The notes: generated from the sequence alone by a model not told the origin. Shown: positions 1 through 10,950, counted from the stretch's first letter. The stretch: 64,000 nucleotides of DNA from Candidatus Bathyarchaeota archaeon (GCA_963777155.1 CAVZPM010000036.1:76483-140482), one strand, 5' to 3'. Translations and numbers: made by a program.

Positions 1-859
1 TAAGAATGGGAGTAGCGAAGAAGCCGATGAGAACAACAAAAGCCGAGGCTACACCGTAATTTCCTATTACAGCGTTGTCGATGGCATAGTAAATTGGAAG
101 CAAGAAAGCATAGAATTGGGGAAGAAATCCGCCAATCATTGCAGCTAAAGATAAAGGCAGACAATATTTTAACATAGTTGATAAGTATGCTTTTATTTCG
201 AGTTTATTTGGAGGCAGTTTAGGTAGTTGCCGATAAATGAGCCAGGTAAGTACTATACCAATTGAGCTCGCAATAATTGTGCCAGCTGTGAAACCTATAG
301 TAGCTCCTGATGTACCTAACCCCAGAAGTACTAATCCGATTATTAGAACAGTTTTAATGATGCTTTGGCAAATAATCATTATACTGTTGAAACCCATTTT
401 TTCATAACCTGTAAAGAAGGCTGTAGCGGAGGCTATTAGCGCGTTTGCTAGTATGGAAAAAGAGGCAATTTCGATTAGGGGAGCTAGGGCTGGACGATGA
501 AAGAGATGGACTGAAAGAAAGTCGGAAAAAAGAAGCGAAAAAATTGAAAGAATTAAGCCTGTGAAGATTTCAAACGTTAAGCCAGCTACGTACACACTTC
601 GGATTTCATTCTCTCTGTTTTCGGTGCGAAATTGCGCTGTAAATCTAACGATAGCTGAGGTTACGCTCCAGTCTCGGAATAAGACCAAAAGATTTGGAAG
701 GGTCAAAACTATTGCAAACAAGCCATATTGGTCTGATCCAAGCAGTTTTGCTATGAATATTGTGCCAATTGATGAAATGACTGTTGAAATCACTAACCCC
801 AAAAGGAGGCTATAGCCACCTTTTGCCGAAACCTTTGCAATATTCCCAGCTTTAGTCAT
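1..859 (-). CDS. Oligosaccharide flippase (Wzx/RfbX, MATE-like); runs off the window edge
   Basis: Not in the ORF track. Manual translation from ATG at 859 gives MTKAGNIAKVSAKGGYSLLLGLVISTVISSIGTIFIAKLLGSDQYGLFAIVLTLPNLLVLFRDWSVTSAIVRF..., a multi-TM protein with the flippase-typical 'lA.lLG...YG' start. Confidence 0.85.
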   Translation of the reverse strand, partial: MTKAGNIAKVSAKGGYSLLLGLVISTVISSIGTIFIAKLLGSDQYGLFAIVLTLPNLLVLFRDWSVTSAIVRFTAQFRTENRENEIRSVYVAGLTFEIFTGLILSIFSLLFSDFLSVHLFHRPALAPLIEIASFSILANALIASATAFFTGYEKMGFNSIMIICQSIIKTVLIIGLVLLGLGTSGATIGFTAGTIIASSIGIVLTWLIYRQLPKLPPNKLEIKAYLSTMLKYCLPLSLAAMIGGFLPQFYAFLLPIYYAIDNAVIGNYGVASAFVVLIGFFATPIL

Positions 860-1410
860 TGATTGTTTTCCTACGTTAAAGTGATGGTATTTATTTTTTT
901 AAACGGTTAATCGTTTGTAGTTGAAGCTACTCAGTAGTTTTTTACTGTTACCCGCTTCAAATTGTTCAAATTTCCATTATAAAACTTAATACCTCTGTAG
1001 GTTAATAGACCATGTGAATTACTGATAAATAGCGTATATTATGATTTTACATTTCGATTCACTGTTACGTTTGGTTATGCCCATTTGTTGCATAACTTGA
1101 ATTTGGAATTGAAACCGACTGCAGCAATGACGTAAAAATCGTATTTGTTAGTTCTCCCTTGCCTTCCTAAGAAATAGATAAAATTGCCAAACTCTCAATT
1201 GCTGATTGTGGACGCGAAATGGCTAGGCTGTTTGATGCGAAGTGAGAATATTATCAAATCCGTAATATCGCATATATTGAGAAAATCGAAGATTAGTGTT
1301 GTATAATAAAAAAGGCACGCTGCAAAGGGCATGCTTGTAGCAGCTGTTAACGGAGTAGCCTAGCAATGCCTATGCTATCAGCGTAACGTGTAAATTGGGA
1401 GAAATATAGT

Positions 1411-4182
1411 TTGGAAAAAACAACGGCTTTGACTATTCTTTTAGTTGTCACAGTGGCCTTAGCAAGCTTATCTGTGACTCCGAGGATTGCCGCTGAGCCA
1501 TTGCATGGAGCCATTACGATAGGTTTTGATGATGCAATGCAGAGCCAATTTGATTATGCTTGGCCTTTGATGCAGGCCAGAGGAATTGTTGGCACATTCT
1601 ACACTGTTTCGAGCTTTATTAGCGATTTTTCTGGTGATTATAATCGTATGGGTTTGAATGAACTTCACACTCTGCAGAATGCCGGCAACGAGATAGGAAG
1701 CCACAGTGTCACTCATGAGCATTTTGAAACCATGACCGACGCTGAAATTGAATATCAATGTGGCGTTTCTCAACAAGTCTTGCGGGCCAATGGGTTTTCA
1801 GCCAACAATTTTGCTTTTCCTTATGGCGATACAAACGATCCTAACGCCGAGCATATTGATTCGATTGTATCCCAATATTATAGGTCGGCGCGGTCAGCGT
1901 ATTATTATCCGGAAGTTTTGTCGTTTCCGATAGATATGTTCAGGTTGCCGGGTTTTCCAGCTGAGACCGGCGATAGCACCGTTTTGTCACGAGCCATAAG
2001 TGCGGTAGACCAAGCTTATAATGAAAATGGCTGGGTTCAAATTTACTTCCACAACGTAATTCCAGATGTCTATAATGAGCCATATGCGATAAGTGCCCAA
2101 GATTTCGAGGCTTTTCTTGACTATGTTGTTGCCAAAGGTATCCCGACTGTCACTGTAAACCAAGCATTAGACGGGGGTGTAGCGCCTCTTTCTACTTCGA
2201 TAAGCCCGACCTCCGCAAGATTAGATGTTGGAGGATCACAAGTCTTTACTTCCTCTATCTCGGGGGGTGTCTCACCTTACTCTTACCGATGGTATCTAAA
2301 TGGTAGCTTTACAGGCGCCACTGGTTCAAATTGGGCATTCAGTCCAACGCAGGCGGGACATTATAATATATACCTTCGAGTGACTGACAATGTAGGCACC
2401 GTAACTAACTCTAACACAGTTACTAATATCACTGTATATGGGGCTCTCACTTCTTCAATCAGCCCTACCTCCATGAACTTGACCGTTGGAAACACGCAAC
2501 AGTTCACCTCAACGGTAACAGGTGGATTTGCACCTTACACTTATCAATGGTACTATGCCAACAACACCGCCATAACTGGAGCTGGAGCAACAGGCTCAAC
2601 TCTAAACTACAAGGCAAATTTCACGGGAATCTACAACATCTACCTAAACGTCACAGATGCTCTCAACTACAAAGTGAAATCCAACACTGCCACCCTCAAT
2701 GTCTATTCGCAACCTTCAGTAACTATCAGTCCAATCACAGCTAACATGACCATTGGAGGCACACAATTGTTTGACTCCAATGTAGCAGGCGGACTCATAC
2801 CTTATACTTATCAATGGTACTACGTAAATGGTACCGCAATATCAGGCGCGGCAACCTCAAACTTGACGTACAGAGCTAACTTCACTGGAAGTTACAGTAT
2901 CTATCTTAACGTAACAGACAACCTTAACTATAGAGTGAAATCCAATATAGCCACCTTCAATGTGTACTCACAACCGACGGTTACAATTAATCCGACCTCC
3001 CTAAATATGACCGCCGGGAAAACGCAACAGTTTACCTCAACAGTGACAGGCGGACTTGTACCCTACAGCTACCAATGGTACTACGCTAACAACACAGCAA
3101 TCGCAGGAGCCACAAACCCAACGCTAAATTATAAAGCGAATTTCACAGGAAGTTATAGTATCTACCTAAACGTCACAGACAACCTCAACTACAAAGCAAA
3201 ATCAAATTCTGCAACCGTCAATGTTTACTCACAACCAACCGTCATGATTGCTCCGACCTCATCCATTCTTTATTATGGTCAACTCCAAACATTTAACGCC
3301 TCCACTATAGGAGGCTTAGCGCCCTACACCTACCAATGGTACATAAACAACACCGCGGTACCACAAGCCACATATCCCGTCTGGATATTTACGCCCAAAG
3401 AAAATGGCAACTATCGAATCCACCTCAACGTTACTGACACCTTAGGCAGTGAAGTAAAATCCAACATCGCCAGCGACATCAACGTCTATGGAGTCTATCT
3501 CATGATCGATTCGCAAGCAAGCTACTTATTGGGCGAGCAAGTAAGCTTGAAAGTGACTATTTTGAACCAGCAGAATCCCAAACTAGAAACATCGCTAGCC
3601 TTGACAATTACTGGACCAGCAGACTACAGTTTCCACGTTTTTCAACCCATAAATGTGTCAGCCAATTCGGCAGAAGAATACAGTTTCGTCTGGGTTGTTC
3701 CCAACGTCGATGGCACATATATTGTAGAGGCTATTTTGGTTCCAGCCCAGTTAACAGCTTACGACTCAAAATGGCTACAAACAAATGAGCAACCTAACCA
3801 ATTTGGGTCAAGTGAGGATAGTTTTGTTGTTTCACAAAGCGTGGCAAGCGTTGAATCTGCCTTTTTTATGCTCATTGGGAGCCAAGTCCTTGGCAGCGTT
3901 TGCAGTCTATTGTTTTTAAAGCATAAAGGCAAGAAGACTTGGCTGCTTTTAAGTGCGTCCCCAATGTTAGGAATAAAAGTTTTGTGGAGGTTGGCTTGGA
4001 ACCTTCACAGTAAATTTCATCTTAAACAGCGCATTATATTTCAGGATATAAGTGGTCGAAATAATACATTGAAAACATTCTTGTTGACCTATTTTAGCAA
4101 GGGAACAGTGTGGGCAACTTCTGGTTTTTCCAATATTTCTTTTTGGGTTAGCTTAAAGGGCAGGATTGCGTGGTTTGCATAA
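1411..4182 (+). CDS. Secreted polysaccharide deacetylase (NodB/CE4) + five Ig/PKD-like repeats + LTAYD domain + hydrophobic tail
   Basis: Signal peptide; FDD, EIGSHSVTH and FAFPYG motifs; repeats of 'ISP...G..Q.F...V.GG..PY.YQWY'. Confidence 0.85.
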   Translation: MEKTTALTILLVVTVALASLSVTPRIAAEPLHGAITIGFDDAMQSQFDYAWPLMQARGIVGTFYTVSSFISDFSGDYNRMGLNELHTLQNAGNEIGSHSVTHEHFETMTDAEIEYQCGVSQQVLRANGFSANNFAFPYGDTNDPNAEHIDSIVSQYYRSARSAYYYPEVLSFPIDMFRLPGFPAETGDSTVLSRAISAVDQAYNENGWVQIYFHNVIPDVYNEPYAISAQDFEAFLDYVVAKGIPTVTVNQALDGGVAPLSTSISPTSARLDVGGSQVFTSSISGGVSPYSYRWYLNGSFTGATGSNWAFSPTQAGHYNIYLRVTDNVGTVTNSNTVTNITVYGALTSSISPTSMNLTVGNTQQFTSTVTGGFAPYTYQWYYANNTAITGAGATGSTLNYKANFTGIYNIYLNVTDALNYKVKSNTATLNVYSQPSVTISPITANMTIGGTQLFDSNVAGGLIPYTYQWYYVNGTAISGAATSNLTYRANFTGSYSIYLNVTDNLNYRVKSNIATFNVYSQPTVTINPTSLNMTAGKTQQFTSTVTGGLVPYSYQWYYANNTAIAGATNPTLNYKANFTGSYSIYLNVTDNLNYKAKSNSATVNVYSQPTVMIAPTSSILYYGQLQTFNASTIGGLAPYTYQWYINNTAVPQATYPVWIFTPKENGNYRIHLNVTDTLGSEVKSNIASDINVYGVYLMIDSQASYLLGEQVSLKVTILNQQNPKLETSLALTITGPADYSFHVFQPINVSANSAEEYSFVWVVPNVDGTYIVEAILVPAQLTAYDSKWLQTNEQPNQFGSSEDSFVVSQSVASVESAFFMLIGSQVLGSVCSLLFLKHKGKKTWLLLSASPMLGIKVLWRLAWNLHSKFHLKQRIIFQDISGRNNTLKTFLLTYFSKGTVWATSGFSNISFWVSLKGRIAWFA

Positions 4183-6713
4183 GACGAGAATTTATCGCTG
4201 TGTTATTAGCTTTGGGTTTAGGTTTGGTAGCGGTTGCGCCATTTGAGGCTATTTTTTGTGGGTCTGCGCCAGTTGTGACTGGTAATGACTTTGAGCCTAC
4301 GATGAGTGTTCCTTTGGGTGTGGACAAAAATAATAACGGAGTCGAGGATGGTCTTGATTCAGAAATTGCCGAGCAGCTACATATGAGTAGTACAGCAAGT
4401 GACGAATACGTGAATGTTACAGTCCTTTTGATGAATAAACCGTCGGGTGAGGATGTGGCCATCTTTTCTTCGTCCGGTGGAACCTTAACAACTGAGTTGT
4501 GGACAGAAGCTGTTTACGGTTTTGGGGGACGGATACCCTACAGTGGAATTGTTAGTTTTATTACGCAGTGTTCTGATGTGTTGTTGATTGAGAAAGAGGC
4601 AGTTTGCAATGCAACCGTGGCTTATGCGACGCGGCAAGTGGGAGCTAGACCTTATGTTTGGAGTACGTTGGGGCTTCAGGGAGATCCGAATGCTTCGTTA
4701 GCGGTTCTGGATACTGGGATTGATTCATCGCATGTTGATTTTGCGCCCGGTTTTGGGAGTGGAGATTTTTCGAAAAAGATTGTTGGGTGGAACGATCAGG
4801 TAACATCTTCGGTTGTTCCGTTTGATGATAATGGACATGGATCTCATTGTTCTGGGTTAGCTGCTGGAGATGGATTTTTTAGTGTTGATTCTTCAGGTTA
4901 CGCCACTGCCACATGGGGAGCAAACTTGGGTGCGGTTACAAGCCCTGGCACATTTTTGATTAGCGGTATGATGTTGAATAATTCGGGTGCAATAACGGTT
5001 AAGGTAAAGTGGACATCCACTGGCACGGCTGCTCTTACAGCGGCTCCATTGTATTATGGTGACAAAACTCTGAGCACGGGGGCTTGGAGTCAAGTTGCTA
5101 CGGTTAGTACTCCGAGCCAGAACACTTGGTATACTCTGACGTACAATGTGGTTTCTGTTCCTTCTGGTGGGTATGAGATGTATCATCCGCAGTTGACTTT
5201 GAGTTCTGGAACGGGAAATCTTTATGTGACGTTTACAATGTCGTGGCCTTACGTGACACCTTCGGATGGTTTTTCGGCTTGGAAAGGTATGGCTTCTGAG
5301 TCGAAGCTTGTTGGAGTGAAGGTTCTTGATTATTCAGGTTCAGGGTCGTCCACTGGACTAATCAACGGCATTAACTGGATTATCGCGAATAGGGTAGGTT
5401 ACCATATAACTGTGGCTAGTATGAGCTTGGGCTTTTCCAGCGAAGTTACGCTTGTTGATACCGCTCTTGTGAATCTGGTGAATAGCGGCGTGAGTACAAT
5501 CGTTTCGGCGGGTAACAGCGGATCGGGAACCAACCGCATTTATACGCCTGGTTCAGTTGACGAGGTGTTAACTGTAGCATCTGTAGACCAGTTTGATGGA
5601 ACATCTAGCTTTAGCAGTCAAGGGGGGACTTCGAGGTACACGGGTAAAACTGTGAAACCAGACATTACGGCTCCTGGGGGCAGTTTCTACGCAGTGCCTT
5701 TGTTTAGTGCAGACACGAATTATAATGATGCTGACGGCGGGTTTTCTGATGTCACCGCTAATGATGCGGCGCCTATGCAGGGGACGTCTATGTCTTGTCC
5801 TGTAGTGTCTGGGGCTGCCGAAATTGTTGTACAAGCCATAGGAGGATATAGCTCTTGGAGCTGGACAAGAAATCAAGCCCTGATGCCTAAAACTTTGCTT
5901 TTGATGACGGCAACAGAGACTTACCCGAATCTACGTGAGACTTCTACCTCTACTTCCAGTCCAACACTTAACCGGGGAGGAAAAGATGTGCATGAAGGTT
6001 ATGGTAGACTTAACGTCGATGCCGCAGCGGATGCCGTCCTGAAGACCTACATCGTTGGAACAACTGTGTCAGATAGCTTAGGTAGTCCACCTTCACTGGG
6101 AAATATTGCGGTTCTGGGTCAGAGATTGGCGTGGGCAAGAAACGTTCAGCTTTCTTCAGGCATACAATACAATTTCTCATTAGCCGTTCCATCCGGAGCA
6201 GATTACGATTTGTACCTCTATAATATTACGGGTAACTCCTATGGTGAACCTGTCATCGTTAATAGCGGCGTCTCGGCTGCGACTGGAGGCTTTGAAAAGA
6301 TTTCCTATACGCCTTCTAACTCCGGAGAGTATTATCTTGTTGTGAAGCGGGCAAGAGAAGACACAGGAGCGGGGCAGTTTACTTTGATAAGCACATTTAA
6401 TCAGACTGCTCATCTTATGTTGTATGCAGATCCTGATCAAGCCGCCTATGTGAGAGGGCAGTCTTTGATTTTGAAGGTTACTATGTTTAATGGGTTAGAT
6501 CTTGCTTATGGGTCTGTTTTGACTATTACCGTGACTGGACCTAGTGGTTACAGCTTCTATGATTTTCAATCGATTAGTGTTACGGCAAATAGCGTTGGGG
6601 AGTACAGTTTTACATGGAACGCACCGAATATTCCCGGAACCTATGTTGTTGAAGCTGGTCTAGCGCCATCATCATTAACTGCCTATGATGTGAAATGGGT
6701 GAATTTAACCTAA
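4170..6713 (+). CDS. Secreted subtilisin-like S8 serine peptidase with PPC-like and LTAYD C-terminal domains
   Basis: Catalytic triad motifs VLDTGID, HGSHCSG and GTSMSCP; oxyanion motif SAGNSG; DYDLYLY domain. Confidence 0.92.
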   Translation: MVCIRREFIAVLLALGLGLVAVAPFEAIFCGSAPVVTGNDFEPTMSVPLGVDKNNNGVEDGLDSEIAEQLHMSSTASDEYVNVTVLLMNKPSGEDVAIFSSSGGTLTTELWTEAVYGFGGRIPYSGIVSFITQCSDVLLIEKEAVCNATVAYATRQVGARPYVWSTLGLQGDPNASLAVLDTGIDSSHVDFAPGFGSGDFSKKIVGWNDQVTSSVVPFDDNGHGSHCSGLAAGDGFFSVDSSGYATATWGANLGAVTSPGTFLISGMMLNNSGAITVKVKWTSTGTAALTAAPLYYGDKTLSTGAWSQVATVSTPSQNTWYTLTYNVVSVPSGGYEMYHPQLTLSSGTGNLYVTFTMSWPYVTPSDGFSAWKGMASESKLVGVKVLDYSGSGSSTGLINGINWIIANRVGYHITVASMSLGFSSEVTLVDTALVNLVNSGVSTIVSAGNSGSGTNRIYTPGSVDEVLTVASVDQFDGTSSFSSQGGTSRYTGKTVKPDITAPGGSFYAVPLFSADTNYNDADGGFSDVTANDAAPMQGTSMSCPVVSGAAEIVVQAIGGYSSWSWTRNQALMPKTLLLMTATETYPNLRETSTSTSSPTLNRGGKDVHEGYGRLNVDAAADAVLKTYIVGTTVSDSLGSPPSLGNIAVLGQRLAWARNVQLSSGIQYNFSLAVPSGADYDLYLYNITGNSYGEPVIVNSGVSAATGGFEKISYTPSNSGEYYLVVKRAREDTGAGQFTLISTFNQTAHLMLYADPDQAAYVRGQSLILKVTMFNGLDLAYGSVLTITVTGPSGYSFYDFQSISVTANSVGEYSFTWNAPNIPGTYVVEAGLAPSSLTAYDVKWVNLT

Positions 6714-6858
6714 GTGAATGGAAATGAAGCCAAAGGTTCTTAGGAAGGCTGCTTCTGCGACTATTTTCTTTTATTTCCTTGAAACACCTGAAACTAAAAA
6801 TCTTAGAGCACTAACCCTTTATGTATTGTGCACTCAGTATTTGATGAGATGACTTCTC

Positions 6859-7887
6859 TTGGAGCTCACGAAATTACTCATCGTCATAGCAACAGTAGTA
6901 ATGCTTACAATGCCTACTTCTGTGATAAGGGGTCAATCCGTCAGTTCAACAAGTTCATCCCAACTTCAGAATTGCACCTGGTTAGACCCAAGTGATGAAG
7001 GGTTACAATTATTGAAAGCAAAACCTTCAGTTTGGCAAGCGACTGCAACCAGATTGGAGAGCGCAAATATTTATTGCATCATTGTTTGGGCGGGACGGTG
7101 GAATTCAGATCACATAATTGACTATGCTGAATCGCCAACTGTATGGAAACAGTTCATAAACACTGTTAAAGCGGTAAACCCCAACTTTGTGGTTCTTGCC
7201 CTTGTCAATGGTTGGGGCATCGATATCAGTGACTCCGCTTACAGAGAAACGATGCTCAATGCTGTTGAGCAACTTATGTCTTCTGCGCCTTTCGATGGCA
7301 TAAACGATGACTTGGAGGATTTTAAAGGAACAAACGAGAATTTGATTGATTATTGGCAAGCAGAAGCAAGCTTGATAAAAGGCTTGGACAAAATAGCCAC
7401 AGTTGACCTTGGAGTAGATTGGCCTTACACAATTGAAGAAGTCTACCCTTATCTAACAAATTTTGATTACCTTATGCCGATGTTCTATGGAAAGATACAA
7501 GACACATATTCTCTAAGCTATTGGGACAGGATTTTATCTAATTCTCCCGTACCGGTAATCATGGGACTTGACGTTGACCCATCAGATATGAACAATTTTT
7601 CTATGTCACAACAGTTAAGTTGGATAGACCAAGCATTGAACAGCAGTTCACATCCTAACCTGGCAGGGTTTGCAATCTGGTCATACGATTTTTGGGGCAC
7701 TTCAGAAGGAACAACTAATGATTTTGCAGCATGGATCAATTGGCCAACAAAAGGTTTTGCGCCGTCGCCAATCCTCAAGCCCTGGGATATTGCAGCAATA
7801 ACTTTAGTTGCAGTCACCATAGTTGCCGTTGCCATAGCTTTGTTATATAAGAAAAGGGCAAAACCCAGAGCAGTAATGGCAAAGTGA
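6859..7887 (+). CDS. Membrane-anchored GH18-like TIM-barrel glycoside hydrolase
   Basis: Signal peptide; FDGINDDLE resembles DxxDxDxE; DYLMPMFY and GFAIWSY motifs; C-terminal TM helix plus basic tail. Confidence 0.6.
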   Translation: MELTKLLIVIATVVMLTMPTSVIRGQSVSSTSSSQLQNCTWLDPSDEGLQLLKAKPSVWQATATRLESANIYCIIVWAGRWNSDHIIDYAESPTVWKQFINTVKAVNPNFVVLALVNGWGIDISDSAYRETMLNAVEQLMSSAPFDGINDDLEDFKGTNENLIDYWQAEASLIKGLDKIATVDLGVDWPYTIEEVYPYLTNFDYLMPMFYGKIQDTYSLSYWDRILSNSPVPVIMGLDVDPSDMNNFSMSQQLSWIDQALNSSSHPNLAGFAIWSYDFWGTSEGTTNDFAAWINWPTKGFAPSPILKPWDIAAITLVAVTIVAVAIALLYKKRAKPRAVMAK

Positions 7888-8059
7888 AATACAGCTATTC
7901 TTGAAACACAAAAAACAGCACAACACGGTGAAAAATTTGCATCGTCACTCTTTTCAGTCTAATAGACGTGTTATCCTCTAACATTTTGCTATTGAAAATT
8001 TATTCGATTGAAAAATTTAAATATAGATTTAGTTCTAAGAAAACAGTGGAGAAGAGAAA

Positions 8060-8365
8060 ATGCGAGAACCAATTAAACAGGTTAACAATTTTTCAAATAA
8101 ACCTGAAAATTCTGACAACTTGCATAGCTCCAAAAAGGAAGATATATTGAGTCTTCTTGAAATCGTAACTGGAAAAATGAAAGTTTTAGAAGATAAGAAA
8201 GATACTGTGAATCTTCTTGAAGCCTTATCCCAAAGAGCGAAATTCTTGAAAAACGAAGAACATAATCTTATTGACATAGAAAAGAACAACTGTATTTATG
8301 AAAATAGTTGTTACACAGCAAAAAATAAGAATAGCCCGTGCCCCTGCGAACTCTACAGAATATAA
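8060..8365 (+). CDS. Hypothetical protein with Cys-rich C-terminus
   Basis: 101-aa ORF; coiled-coil-like middle; four Cys near the end. Confidence 0.5.
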   Translation: MREPIKQVNNFSNKPENSDNLHSSKKEDILSLLEIVTGKMKVLEDKKDTVNLLEALSQRAKFLKNEEHNLIDIEKNNCIYENSCYTAKNKNSPCPCELYRI

Positions 8366-8471
8366 GAAATGTTGACAATCAGTTAGCCGTAGTATCTAAA
8401 TATTAGTTCTTTGTGCAGGAAAACGTTTTATTATTTCAAAGCTCCGCTTAAAGTGGCAGGTTCAATTACAA

Positions 8472-8672
8472 ATGAAACTAAATTGGATTATCACTCTTCT
8501 TGCAGTATTATTCTTTTTTGCGGTAGGCTTTCTGATACTATATGATAATTACACTCGAGTTGGAATCTGGTTTCAGTTGTCGGACCTTCATCACGAGACT
8601 TTTGCTATGTTTTCCTTTGCACTTGCTGTAGGGATACTCATAGGTGCAATCATCGTAACCATCAAGAAATAG
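8472..8672 (+). CDS. Small two-TM membrane protein
   Basis: Two hydrophobic helices flanking 'WFQLSDLHHET'. Confidence 0.65.
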   Translation: MKLNWIITLLAVLFFFAVGFLILYDNYTRVGIWFQLSDLHHETFAMFSFALAVGILIGAIIVTIKK

Positions 8673-8702
8673 AGTTGCAAGCATTAAAATCGCGAAATAA
8701 TT

Positions 8703-10403
8703 TTGTTTTTTGCTGAAAGGTCTATCGGAACGAGCAAGATTTCTGAAACATCTTGTGTTTATATCATCCACAAACTTAACTATAACATGCAATTTTGCCT
8801 TAAAAGGGGAGTTGTACAACTCAAAAAGGCTAAATCAACTATAATTTTAATTTTGATCATAACTATGCTTACAGCATGTCTCCTTGCAACTTCAAGAGTT
8901 GTTTTAGGAAGTGTACCCGGCACTATTTCAATAACTTTCGACGACGGCATGCAGGACAATTACGATTATGCATATCCGTTGATGCAAGCTAGAGGCATCG
9001 TGGGAACGTTCTACGTCATCACAGACACACTGAGCGATTTCTCACACAATAACACCTACCTAAGCATAACCGAACTTAAGACCATGCAAAACAGTGGCAA
9101 CGAAATAGGCAGCCACAGCAAAAACCACCCAAATTTTACTAACTTAACTGACCAACAGATACGAGACCAATGCAGTATTTCCAAGCAGGTATTACAATCC
9201 AATGGACTTACAGTAAATAACTTTGCTTATCCTGGGGGTGCCCACAACGCCCAGTCAGATTCTATCGTTTCTCAATATTATCGTTCTGGTCGAGGAACAT
9301 TTGGAAACATCGCAACCTGCATAATGCATCCTCCCGTGTCTCAATGGTTCATTCCAGGATTCACAGGGGACACAGGCAGCACCTCAAATGTGTCGCGGCT
9401 AAAAAGTGCCGTTGACCAAATATGCGCAGCTAACGGGTGGGCAATATTCTATTTCCATTGTGTAAGACCAACCGTTACAAGTCCTTACATGATTAGCACG
9501 CAGGATTTTGCAAGCTTCCTTGATTATATCGTTTCAAAAGGTGTAACAACGGTGACCGTAAACCAAGGTTTGAACCTTGGTAAGCTCCCTACACCTGTGC
9601 CAACTCCATCGGCAACGCCAATTCCAACACCTAGTATGTCACCGACCCCTAGTCCAACTCCAATACCCTCACTGGTTCCAACTCCCACGTTAACACCCAG
9701 TCCCACACCGACTTCAACTCCAACAATCACACCGACTCCATCACCTGATCCAACCCTATTGCCGACGCCATCACCCTCTCCATCTGAAGCTCCAACTCCT
9801 GCACCAACTCCAACTGAAATATCTATTCCAGCAGTCACTCCTATTCCGACAACATTGCCTACTCCAATCCCTACTCCGACTCCGACAATAAAGGCGTCGC
9901 CTTCTCCGACTCCATTAGAAACAACCGTTAAAGCAACGACGGATAGTGGTTCAATAGTTGAGCTTGCAATCAGAGGAAACATTACTAGCTCACAGATGTC
10001 CAACGTTACCATAGCAACAAACCAATCGTCCGCAACAACAGTAACTTTTACAGTAACAGGAGAAGGCGGTAACACAGGTTTTGGGAATGTTACAATTCCA
10101 AAGAGTCGGGTACCCTACGGAGAGACATTGACAATTACCAGTCAAGGTCAACCAACTCAAGACCAAGGCTTCACACAGGACAATGACAACTACTACGTAT
10201 GGTATTCAACCCATTTTAGCAAACATGAAATATCGATTGTTTTCACAACTCTCTCTAATTCGCCTAGCCCTTCAGTTTCTCCTAACCAGGTACAGTCAAG
10301 TTTACTTCAAGAAACAATCTTTGGACTAGTTGCCGCGGCAGCTATTTTGATGATCCTTTCAGCTATTCTTTTATTAAGAAAAGCAAGAAAAAACCAACAA
10401 TAG
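8703..10403 (+). CDS. Polysaccharide deacetylase + Pro/Thr linker + beta domain + TM anchor (true start probably downstream of 8703)
   Basis: [14 protein letters not shown] and FAYPGG motifs; PT repeats; C-terminal TM helix followed by RKARK. Confidence 0.85.
   Translation: MFFAERSIGTSKISETSCVYIIHKLNYNMQFCLKRGVVQLKKAKSTIILILIITMLTACLLATSRVVLGSVPGTISITFDDGMQDNYDYAYPLMQARGIVGTFYVITDTLSDFSHNNTYLSITELKTMQNSGNEIGSHSKNHPNFTNLTDQQIRDQCSISKQVLQSNGLTVNNFAYPGGAHNAQSDSIVSQYYRSGRGTFGNIATCIMHPPVSQWFIPGFTGDTGSTSNVSRLKSAVDQICAANGWAIFYFHCVRPTVTSPYMISTQDFASFLDYIVSKGVTTVTVNQGLNLGKLPTPVPTPSATPIPTPSMSPTPSPTPIPSLVPTPTLTPSPTPTSTPTITPTPSPDPTLLPTPSPSPSEAPTPAPTPTEISIPAVTPIPTTLPTPIPTPTPTIKASPSPTPLETTVKATTDSGSIVELAIRGNITSSQMSNVTIATNQSSATTVTFTVTGEGGNTGFGNVTIPKSRVPYGETLTITSQGQPTQDQGFTQDNDNYYVWYSTHFSKHEISIVFTTLSNSPSPSVSPNQVQSSLLQETIFGLVAAAAILMILSAILLLRKARKNQQ
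9862..10048. repeat. 187-bp repeat, inverted copy at 15243-15430
   Basis: Base-by-base identical except for one extra base in the second copy. Confidence 0.95.
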
Positions 10404-10807
10404 GCTGAATCTTCAAAGAACAATTGCTTTGAGTATAACATAATAAACACTCTAAACGGCATGTTCTCCTTGCACCTGTCAGAAATTTCTTCAGTGGTTT
10501 TGGGTTTTCCTGAAGCGGGGTTGCTTTGAACCTTCTTGCCCCTGGATACGCCGCCCGCAAAATTCATTTTGTTCTCTGTGTGTGGGTGTGGGGCTATAAA
10601 AATTTACACCACACTTGCGGTTTTGCAAAGGGTTGATTTTTTGGTTTGGACTGTTTTCCTCTTGTGGTTTATGTGTGGGAAGAGGGTTTAGCCCACACAG
10701 TCAACATAGAATTTATGTTGGAGTGTGTGGGTGTGAGTGTGGAGCCATGTTAGCGCTTCTATCTTGTGTCATGTGCCTGTTTTTCTTTCTGATTTTAAAC
10801 TTTCTAC

Positions 10808-10950
10808 CTTTACACGCTATGACACTGGAAGCAACCAGGGAACACACCAGAACCAAAGACATCTTACACGTCATGAAATTACTCGGCAACAAAAACATCC
10901 AAAATACCCTATTATTCAGTCCCTACCTTTCAAGAACGACGAGTTCCATC
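10808..10950 (+). pseudogene. C-terminal remnant of a tyrosine recombinase/integrase
   Basis: Broken frames give TL*HWK / RTKDILHVMKLLGNKNIQNTLL / FKNDEFH, which match decayed box II (H-x-x-R and LLGH...T..Y) motifs. Confidence 0.7.

Noticed and set aside
561-815. 84-aa plus-strand ORF
   Set aside because: Antisense shadow of the flippase gene.
9524-10075. Gly/Val-rich ORFs (also 14343-14627 and 15310-15579)
   Set aside because: Antisense reading of Pro/Thr linkers.
10575-10750. CRISPR array
   Set aside because: No regularly spaced 24-47 bp repeats here or elsewhere, and no cas genes.
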